Positions 46,132 through 56,199 of a DNA stretch of 64,000 nucleotides are shown here, one piece after another. This DNA comes from Macrostomum lignano. Lineage: Eukaryota. The notes under the pieces are model-generated. The model saw nothing but the letters and a program-made list of their open reading frames with translations. It was not told the origin of the DNA and did no database searches. The position numbers were made by a program, and so were the translations under genes. How positions within the stretch are numbered: the stretch's first letter is position 1; each line of letters opens with the position of its first letter. The stretch lies in contig NIVC01000514.1 in the NCBI GenBank assembly GCA_002269645.1, positions 124,001 through 188,000 on the forward strand. The letters run 5' to 3'.

Positions 46132-47424
46132 TTAAAATTCTTGCATGTTTTTGTATTTATGAAAATGTAAAAAGGCAATGTATAGAAAAATAAGCTAAAA
46201 TGTAACTTATAAAGATGCAAAAATGATTTGTTCTTCATATTTTATTGAAAAAGCTTTTTTAAGTTACCTTTGATAGTTAAAAATTCTAACTATTTAATCT
46301 AGTATGAAAAACACCCAATAATTATATAAACAACAAGGAAAGGAACAAATTAAAAAGAATTCCTGAACTATCTAGCCCTAAAGGTACCCTTCATACTTAG
46401 TATAAATAACCATAAGATATAATAGAATTTTGCATGATTTTTTGCAAATAATTATATATACAATAAATAGATTTTTAACTAATTATAAGACTAAACAACT
46501 AAATATATATATATATATATAAATATATGCATATTCTACTATACCTGTATATACTATATCTAAAATTCTACAATATTTTTAATGTTGTAATGCACTATAA
46601 ATCAATTATACTAAAAAGAGTTGTCTATTAATCAGGTATATAGAATGCAAAAGGAATTTCATATTCAAAAAACATGTCTTTACAAAGGTCAATTTGAATT
46701 TTTTATTATAAATGAATTGTGATCATTGTAATGCAAAAAATGACTGAGTACAAGCATAAATGAATCTCAATTCTTAGATTGTATCATAATAGACTTTTTA
46801 TTATTAGTTGATTGGCTGAATTATGACTTTGACTTGAATTGCATCACTGTAAAATAAAATATATTAGCATTGCACAGGACTTCATTGCAGCAGAGATTGC
46901 AATGTAGACTGTTCATAATACAGACTGATATTGACTCTAAAGAAATAACTGGATATAACTGACTTGATATGAGTATTGAGTAGTAGTGACAATTCAAAAA
47001 TAAAAGAATTGCATCAACAATATAATAACTATCATGTTAATTATAAAAGAAGCACAATGTTCACCACAAATGAAGTGCTATGTTAACCATTAAATAATTG
47101 TCATGTCAATCAACTATAAAAGGGCCCATGGGGGATTGCTAAAATATCAAAGCTTATGGGGGATTACCACAATGTCAAGGCAGGCATTGTTGAAGTTCTG
47201 TGGCTCAAGGCTCAGGGAATTGTTGAGATGCGAACAGTCATTGCTGAAGTACTATGGCTCATGAGGGAATGGCTGAGATGTCAATGCTCATTGGTGGGAT
47301 TGTTAGGGATTGCTGTGGCTTTCAGTAGGGTTTGGGTTAGGGTTTAACCATAAAAATAATAGCCCTGTCAACCATTAAAGATTCATGGGGGAATCCCTAA
47401 GATGTTATGGTTCATGGGAGGAAT

Positions 47425-47880
47425 TACTGAAATGCTTTGGTACATGGATGAGTTGCTGAGATGTAGGGACTCGTGTGCATTGCTGAAATGCTTTGGTACA
47501 TGGATGAGTTGCTGAGATGTAGGGACTCGTGTGCATTACTGAAATGCTTTGGTACATGGATGAGTTGCTGAGATGTAGGGACTCGTGTGCATTACTGAAA
47601 TACTTTGGTACATGGATGAGTTGCTGAGATGTAGGGACTCGTGTGCATTACTGAAATGCTTTGGTACATGAATGAGTTGCTGAGATGTAGGGACTCGTGT
47701 GCATTGCTGAAATGATTTGGTACATGGATGAGTTGCTGAGATGTAGGGACTCGTGTGCATTGCTGAAATGCTTTGGTACATGGATGAGTTGCTGAGATGT
47801 AGGGACTCGTGTGCATTACTGAAATACTTTGGTACATGGATGAGTTGCTGAGATGTAGGGACTCGTGTGCATTGCTGAAA
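47425..47880. repeat. 56-bp tandem repeat (gaaatgctttggtacatggatgagttgctgagatgtagggactcgtgtgcattgct), about 8 copies
   Basis: Visible units. Confidence 0.95.
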
Positions 47881-48297
47881 TGTTTCCCTCATGGAAAAAT
47901 GACTGGTGTCAAGGATTATAGAAAAGGGGAATTTCTGAAATCCTGTTTGCATTAACAAGCTTTAGGAAATTATTAAAACCAGCGTCCATTCAAGGTCAAA
48001 TCCTACATAGTTTATTAACAAAATTTTTCTTTGTTGCTCCCCGATGCTGGTATTCACTTCACTATGTGTTTGAACTTAAAAGGTTTTTTAAACTCTTTTT
48101 TTCAAAAACTATAAATAATAATTCATAAAGTTTAATCTGCAGTATATTTAAAATTCTAAACTGGTTCATCTCTGGACGTAATTATAATTCCATAAAAAAT
48201 TCTTCATAATTTCATGGCTAGCTTAAATTAGTAGTATTATTAGTAGTATTATTAGTATTTTCTAACTGTAAAACCTGCATTTCTCTTGAAAAACCAG

Positions 48298-51200
48298 CTG
48301 GTTTTTTGGCTCCATGTCTCGCGACCGGGCAAATGAAATCCTCCTCAAGGAGTCTGTCGGCGTCTTCCTCATCCGGGCCAGCCTGTCTCAGCCCGGCGGA
48401 TTCGCTCTCAGCGTTCGGTGAGCTGCTCTGGGACTGCATGGGTCAGGGTGGGTCAAACACTTACGCTTTTGTAAGTCAGAGACACTGTCTAGTGGGTCAG
48501 AGACCCTCTGTCTAGTGGGTCAGAGACTCACTGTCTAGTGGGTCAGAGACTCACTGTCTAGTGGGTCAGAGCCTCACCGTCCAGTGGGTCAGAGACTCAC
48601 TGTCTAGTGGGTCAGAGACTCACTGTCTAGTGGGTCAGAGACTCACTGTCTAGTGGGTCAGAGACTCACCGTCCAGTGGGTCAGAGACCCTCTGTCTAGT
48701 GGGTCAGAGACTCACTGTCTAGTGGGTCAGAGACTCGCGGTCAAGTGGGTCATGGTACCTAGAGGTCTAGTGGGTCAGACTCCCAGTCAAGTGGGTCATG
48801 GTACTACAAGGTGAGGTATCTGATAAACTCAAAGTTCTGGGTCTTAGTACTGCTATTTGGCTGTCATCAGGAGCGATCAGTGTTCCAAGCAGGAGGCCCT
48901 GTGATGCCAGACCCCAGCTCACAGGCAGCCCAACCGCCCCGCAGTGACAAGGACAAGACCAACCACTACAAAATCGTGGCCTCAAAGCGGGTGGCCCACG
49001 ACGGCTACAAGCTCAAGATCGGCTCCAACGAGTTCTACTCAATGACTCAGCTGATCGATTTCTATAAAAACACCAAGCTGGCCGACTCAGTGCTCACCGT
49101 GCCCGTGAGTTACGAGTATGCTCTGTCTGCTCATTTACAGTACAGTGTACGCTCGTACTTCATAGTACTTCAGCTCATCATCCTGACTCTGGGCGAGGGC
49201 TGGCATAGCGCGCATAATCATTTTTTGGAAACATTTAGAAGTCGGCTGTTATCCATTTGTATCAACTTGGCCTGTCTGCAGATAGTAAAGATAGGGGAGA
49301 TAAGAGGAGGATAGAGGATATAGCAGAGGCGAGATAGTGAGAGCGGGATAGTAGAAGAAGGGGATAGTGGTATAGTAGAGGGGAATAGTGAGATAGTAGA
49401 GGGATAGAGGGGAATAGTGGGATAGTATAGTAGAGGGGGAGGGGGATAGTGGGATAGTAGATAGAGTGGGGGAGGGGGAGGGGGATAGTGGATAGTAGAT
49501 AGAGTGGGGAGGGGGAGGGGATAGTGGGATAGTAGATAGAGTGGGGGAGGGGGAGGGGGATAGTGGGATAGTGGGATAGAGTGGGGAGGGGGAGGGGGAT
49601 AGTGGGATAGTGGGATAGAGTGGGGGAGGGGGAGGGGGATAGTGGGATAGTAGATAGAGTGGGGGAGGGGGAGGGGGATAGTGGGATAGTGGGATAGAGT
49701 GGGGGAGGGGGAGGGGATAGTGGGATAGTAGATAGAGTGGGGGAGGGGGAGGGGATAGTGGGATAGTGGGATAGAGTGGGGGAGGGGGAGGGGATAGTGG
49801 GATAGTAGATAGAGTGGGGGAGGGGGAGGGGGATAGTGGGATAGTGGGATAGAGTGGGGGAGGGGGAGGGGGATAGTGGGATAGTAGATAGAGTGGGGGA
49901 GGGGAGGGGATAGTGGGATAGTAGATAGAGTGGGGGAGGGGATAGTGGGATAGTAGATAGGGTGGGGGAGGGGGAGGGGGATAGTGGGATAGTAGATAGA
50001 GTGGGGGAGGGGGAGGGGGATAGTGGGATAGTAGATAGAGTGGGGGAGGGGAGGGGGATAGTGGGATAGTGGGATAGAGTGGGGGAGGGGGAGGGGGATA
50101 GTGGGATAGTGGGATAGAGTGGGGGAGGGGGAGGGGGATAGTGGGATAGTAGATAGAGTGGGGGAGGGGGAGGGGATAGTGGGATAGTGGGATAGAGTGG
50201 GGGAGGGGGAGGGGATAGTGGGATAGTAGATAGAGTGGGGAGGGGGAGGGGATAGTGGGATAGTAGATAGAGTGGGGGAGGGGATAGTGGGATAGTAGAT
50301 AGGGTGGGGGAGGGGGAGGGGATAGTGGGATAGTAGATAGAGTGGGGGAGGGGGAGGGGATAGTGGGATAGTAGATAGAGGGGGGAAGGGGATAGTGGGA
50401 TAGTAGATAGAGGGGGGAGGGGGATAGTGGGATAGTATAGTAGAGGGGAAGATAGTATATAGTAGAGGGGGAGATAGTATATAGTAGAGGGGGAGATAGT
50501 ATATAGTAGAGGGGGAGATAGTATATAGTAGAGGGGGAGATAGTATATAGTAGAGGGGGAGATAGTATATAGTAGAGGGGGAGATAGTATATAGTAGAGG
50601 GGGAGATAGTATATAGTAGAGGGGGAAATAGTATATAGTAGAGGGGGAAATAGTATATAGTAGAGGGGGAGATAGTATATAGTAGAGGGGGAGATAGTAT
50701 ATAGTAGAGGGGGAGATAGTATATAGTAGAGGGGGAGATAGTATATAGTAGAGGGGGAGATAGTATATAGTAGAGGGGGAGATAGTATATAGTAGAGGGG
50801 GAGATAGTATATAGTAGAGGGGGAGATAGTATATAATAGCCGGTTTGAATTCAGTGGCCAGCTTCACTGCCAAGGCCAGTCGAAGGACAAATGCCTGAGA
50901 ACAGATTCACAGAATTGGCGGCTTGTGTGTTTTGTCCGCGCTATTCAGGCCAGATTGCAGTAGCCAAATGCCAACCAGCCACCTGCCCGTTTCTCTTACG
51001 GTTTCTGATAATTTTGCACCTCTCAGGCTGCCAAGCCCATGTACCGAGCCAAGTTCGACTTTAAAGTGGACCCGAGCGATCCCGTGAGTTGAAGCTATAC
51101 TGTGCAGGGCGGGCTGAGTTCTGTGTGAATGAGGTGAGTTCTGTGTGATTGGGGTGAGTTTTGTGAATGATTGAGTGCTGTGTGAATGATTGAGTTCTGT

Positions 51201-53282
51201 GTGAATAATTGAGTTCTGTGTGAATGGGGTGAGTTCTGTGTGAATGGGGTGAGTTCTGCGTGAATGGGGTGAGTTCTATGTGAATGGGGTGAGTTCTGCG
51301 TGAATGGGGTGAGTTCTGTGTGAATGAGGTGAGTTCTGTGTGAATGGGGTGAGTTCTGTGTGGATGATTGAGTTCTGTGTGAATGGGTTGAGTTCTGTGT
51401 GAATGGGGTAAGTTCTGTGTGGATGGGGTGAGTTCTGTGTGAATCGGGTGAGTTCTGTGTGAATTAGTTGAGTTCTGTGTGGATGGGGTGAGTTCTGTGT
51501 GAATGGGGTGAGTTCTGTGTAAATGGGGTGAGTTCTGTGTGAATGGGGGTGAGTTCTGTGTGATTGGGGTGAGTTTTGTGTGAATGAGTTGAGTTCTGTG
51601 TGAATTGGGTGAGTTTTGTGTGAATGGGGTGAGTTCTGTGTGAATGGGGTGAGTTCTGTGTGAATGATGTGAGTTCTGTGTGAATGGGGTGAGTTCTTTG
51701 TGAATGGGGTAAATTCCCTGTGAATGAAATAAATGCTGTTTGAATGGGGTGTCTGTTTGAACTGGTGAATTCTGTGTGAATAAGGGCACTGTGAGGTGGG
51801 CCAATTTGTGAGTAGTTTTTTTATAATGTTCGTGATTAGTTACGCGTTTGCAAGTTGCTACGAAAATGCAGTAAATATGAATTCAGAATTTGTTATGAAT
51901 GACGCTTGTTATGAATGAGTGCAATGAACTTTGCGACTGACTATTATTATATGTGAATGGACTGCTTAGAATGTGTGAATCACGATAGCTATTAGAATGT
52001 GTGAATAGCTGTGTAAAATGCGTGAATGCATGTTTAGAATGTGTGAATAGCAGTGTAAAGTGCGTGAATGCGTGTTTAGAATGTGTGAATGCATGTTTAG
52101 AATGTGTGAATAACAGTGTAAAGTGCGTGAATGCGTGTTTAGAATGTGTGAATGCATGTTTAGAATGTGTGAATAGCAGTGTAAAGTGCGTGAATGCGTG
52201 TTTAGAATGTGTGAATGCATGTTTAGAATGTGTGAATAGCAGTGTAAAATGTGTGAATGCATGTTTAGAATGTGTGCATAGCAGTGTAAAGTGCGTGAAT
52301 GCGTGTTTAAAATGTGTGAATGCATGTTAAGAATGTGAGAATAGCAGTGTAAAATGCGTGAATGCGTGTTTAGAATGTGTGAATAGCAGTTTAAAATGCG
52401 TGAATCGGTGAATGCATGTTTAGACTGCTCTCCCAGCTGCCTCGCCCCCCCCCCCGCCCGCTCGCCAGGACGCCGAGGAGAATCTGCCGCTGAGGCGCGG
52501 CGACTGCGTCTATTATCTAAGAACTCTGCGGGATGCTGACGGCACCGAGGTGCCCGACTGGTGGCACGTGGTGAAGCGGCGCGGTGGCGAGTCGGGACTC
52601 GTACCGGCCATCTACCTGTCGCTGGTGACCGTCAGCGAGTCGGACGAGAGCAAGTTTCAGGTGAGCCGCAAGTCTTGAAGATAAATTCAAGAACTAATTA
52701 GCTGACGAGGCACTTCGGTTAGATGCTCCTACCTTTTACCTGCATGCTGTCGTGCGATTCACACCCTGAGGGCCGAGGGCGTGCCTGCGTGCAGTATATT
52801 GGCGCGCTTGCATGCGCTCAGTAGTCCGTGCAATGGGCAGAGTAGCCTCAGCACTGGTTGTGAGACACCGCGCCTAAAACAATACGCCAGGGTGCTCACA
52901 GCGCTCTTGCGAGTATTAATAAGCTCCCTAAATTGAGGATAATTGTCCCAACTCATTCCAGGCTCTTCGCCAGCTATCTTTCCCATTCGAGGTGCGGGTG
53001 GCTCGCGAGCGAAATCCCAACATATTTGACCCCAACCAGCTGCGCCTGGAGACCGGCGACATCGTGGAGGTCCAGCATCCTGACGAGCAGCAGCCGGAGA
53101 TCTGGTTCGGCTTCAACCAGAGATCGAAGCGGCAGGGATATTTTCCCTTCAACTATGTCTGCCCGCTCTCCGCGCCATCGAAGCGCCTGACCAGCCACAG
53201 CTTCTCCTCCATGTCAACGATGGTCACGCAGACCGCCAACAGCAGCGGCGACCTCATCGACAAATTCGTCTCGCAGCATTGA
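48298..53282 (+). CDS. crk: Crk/CrkL-like adaptor (SH2-SH3-SH3); first (ATG) exon not located
   Basis: Exons 48298-48417, 48945-49104, 51027-51083, 52469-52660, 52962-53282 with compatible phases. SH2 WFFGSMSRDRA..VFLIRAS..FALSV..HYKI..LKIGSNEF..LIDFYK; nSH3 AKFDF..LPLRRGD..DWW..GLVPAIYL; Crk-type cSH3 RVARERNPNIFDPNQLRLETGDIVEV..GYFPFNYV. Confidence 0.85.
48485..48730. repeat. 23-bp intronic tandem repeat (tctagtgggtcagagactcactg)
   Basis: Visible units. Confidence 0.9.
49300..50835. repeat. Purine-rich, G-run intronic satellite (two sub-arrays)
   Basis: gatagtgggatagtagatagagtgggggagggggagggg units then gatagtatatagtagaggggga units; source of ORF 49218..50873. Confidence 0.95.
51084..51780. 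repeat. 20-bp intronic repeat (gtgaatggggtgagttctgt) containing GGTGAGT in most units
   Basis: Visible units beginning just after the donor at 51084. Confidence 0.9.
51960..52420. repeat. Intronic tandem repeat (tttagaatgtgtgaatagcagtgtaaa variants)
   Basis: Visible units. Confidence 0.9.
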
Positions 53283-55207
53283 ATGAATTTGGGCTGTTCT
53301 TGTGAACAAGTGAATAGACCTTGTGAATGAGTTTGGGCTGTTCTTGTGAACAAGTGAATAGACCTTGTGAATGAGTTTGGGCTGTTCTTGTGAACAAGTG
53401 AATAGACCTTGTGAATGAGTTTGAGCTGATCTTGTGAACAAGTGAATAACCTTGTGAATGAGTTTGAGCTGATCTTGTGAACAAGTGAATAACCTTGTGA
53501 ATGAGTTTGGGCTGCTCTTGTGAACAAGTGAATAGACCTTGTGAATGAGTTTGGGCTGCTCTTGTGAACAAGTGAATAGACCTTGTGAATGAGTTTGAGC
53601 TGCTCTTGTGAACAAGTGAATAGACCTTGTGAATGAGTTTGGGCTGTTCTTGTGAACAAGTGAATATACCTTGTGAATGAGTTTGAGTTGCTCTTGTGAA
53701 CATGTAAATAGACCTTGTGAATGAGTTTGGGCTGTTCTTGTGAACAAGTGAATAGACCTTGTGGATGAGTTTGGGCTGATCTTGTGAACAAGTGAATAGA
53801 CCTTGTGAATGGGTTTGAGCTGATCTTGTGAACAAGTGAATAGACCTTGTGAATGGGTTTGAGCTGTTCTTGTGAACAAGTGAATAGACCTTGTGAATGA
53901 GTTTGGGCTGCTCTTGTGAACAAGTGAATAGACCTTGTGAATGAGTTTGGGCTGATATTGTGAACAAGTGAATAGACCTTGTGAATGAGTTTGGGCTGCT
54001 CTTGTGAACAAGTGAATAGACCTTGTGAATGGGTTTGAGCTGTTCTTGTGAACAAGTGAATAGACCTTGTGAATAAGTTTGAGCTGCTCTTGTGAACATG
54101 TAAATAGACCTTGTGAATGGGTTTGGGCTGCTCTTGTGAACAAGTGAATAGACCTTGTGAATGGGTTTGAGCTGCTCTTGTGAACAAGTGAATAGACCTT
54201 GTGAATGGGTTTGGGCTGTTCTTGTGAACAAGTGAATATACCTTGTTAATGGGTTTGAGCTGTTCTTGTGAACAAGTGAATAGGCCTTGTGAATGAGTTT
54301 GAGCTGCTCTTGTGAACAAGTGAATAGACCTTGTGAATGGGTTTGGGCTGCTCTTGTGAACAAGTGAATAGGCCTTGTGAATGGATTTGAGCTGCTCTTG
54401 TGAACAAGTGAATAGACCTTGTGAATGGGTTTGAGCTGTTCTTGTGAACAAGTGAATAGACCTTGTGAATGGGTTTGAGCTGTTCTTGTGAACAAGTGAA
54501 TAGACCTTTTGAATGGATTTGAGCTGTTCTTGTGAACAAGTGAATAGACCTTGTTAATGGGTTTGAGCTGTTCTTGTGAACAAGTGAATAGACCTTGTGA
54601 ATGAGTTTGGGCTGCTCTTGTGAACAAGTGAATAGACCTTGTGAATGGGTTTGAGCTGTTCTTGTGAACAAGTGAATAGACCTTTTGAATGGATTTGAGC
54701 TGTTCTTGTGAACAAGTGAATAGACCTTGTGAATGGGTTTGAGCTGTTCTTGTGAACAAGTGAATAGACCTTGTGAATGGGTTTGGGCTGTTCTTGTAAA
54801 CAAGTGAATAGACCTTGTGAATGGGTTTGAGTTGTTCTTGTGAACAAGTGAATAGACCTTGTGAATGGGTTTGAGCTGTTCTTGTGAACAAGTGAATAGA
54901 CCTTGTGAATGGGTTTGAGCTGATCTTGTGAACAAGTGAATAGACCTTGTGAATGGGTTTGGGCTGTTCTTGTGAACAAGTGAATAGACCTTGTGAATGG
55001 GTTTGGGCTGTTCTTGTAAACAAGTGAATAGACCTTGTGAATGGGTTTGAGTTGTTCTTGTGAACAAGTGAATAGACCTTGTGAATGGGTTTGAGCTGTT
55101 CTTGTGAACAAGTGAATAGACCTTGTGAATGGGTTTGAGCTGATCTTGTGAACAAGTGAATAGACCTTGTGAATGGGTTTGGGCTGTTCTTGTGAACAAG
55201 TGAATAG
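53283..55207. repeat. 44-bp tandem repeat, about 44 copies, starting at the crk stop codon
   Basis: tgtgaacaagtgaatagaccttgtgaatgagtttgggctgttct units; 44-aa periodicity in minus-strand ORFs. Confidence 0.97.
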
Positions 55208-55759
55208 ACTCACCGTATTGAGTGAATTATATAAAAATTAAAGTGAATCAATTTTTAATTTTTTGAATTGCTGGCAAAACTTTTCCATAACACAGGTAAA
55301 TAGTTGAGTTTCCGCGATATCAAAACAATTAATTAATGAGAGTTGAACTCCGCTGTCTAGTTTTTATTAATCCCATTGTGCTGCTTTACTCGCTCGCCTG
55401 CTCGCTCTGCTTAACGCATGCCTTGCTGTACACAAGCTGTAATTCCCTCATTATTTGTTTTATCTTTTTATACCGCCTGCGGATTTGTATGCACTTCCCA
55501 CCCCACCGGTTCCGTGTGTCTTCCTAATTGGCGAAGCTCACCTGGAAACCGCAGCCCCCGCCTGCGCATCCGGAGGCCATGACACTCGCGACCAAATTTT
55601 AACCCAGCTTGGCACAAATTCTAACTTTTATGAATTTTGAACTGGAAAATATACTTGCTATTCTATACATTCTGAGTGTTTTCACTGCTCAAATCGTAAA
55701 CATTTATTGAAATTGCAGCGTCTTTGGCTCTTCTGCACCGCTCAACAAACCATGAGCTT

Positions 55760-56170
55760 AATAATAGTCACGTGACTGCTAGCAGCCAATCTTAGTCAGC
55801 TTATTACAATAGAGTCACGTGACTGCTAGCAGCCAATCTTAGTCAGCTTATTACAATAGAGTCACGTGACTGCTAGCAGCCAATCTTAGTCAGCTTATTA
55901 CAATAGAGTCACGTGACTGCTAGCAGCCAATCTTAGTCAGCTTAAAAATTTCCAATTCCAGTTTTGGCTGCTAGCAGTTGCGTGATCCCGGTTTAACTGT
56001 GGAATGGCTTGTAGGAGTCACGTGAGTCTGATTTGACTCTGAACCGAGAGATAGCAGTCACGTGACTTTATTATAATAAGTCAGCTAAGATTGAATGTTA
56101 GAAGTCACGTGACTTCATTGAAAGTTGACTAGTTTGGCTGCTAGTAGGCACGTGACTTTATTGGAATAAT
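55760..56170. repeat. 47-bp tandem array (about 4 copies) plus inverted degenerate copies (foldback), rich in GTCACGTGAC and CCAAT
   Basis: GTCACGTGAC at 55767, 55814, 55861, 55908, 56057, 56104; reverse-oriented units at 56040-56170. Confidence 0.8.
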
Positions 56171-56199
56171 AAATTTTCACATTTTTTACTGCAAGTAGT

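Noticed and set aside
43200-48297. First coding exon of crk
   Set aside because: No candidate with a convincing ATG and phase-2 donor could be singled out
49218-50873. 551-aa Pro/Tyr-rich ORF
   Set aside because: Antisense translation of a G-rich satellite in a crk intron
53153-55213. Several 200-630 aa minus-strand ORFs
   Set aside because: Translations of a stop-free 44-bp tandem repeat; no domain content
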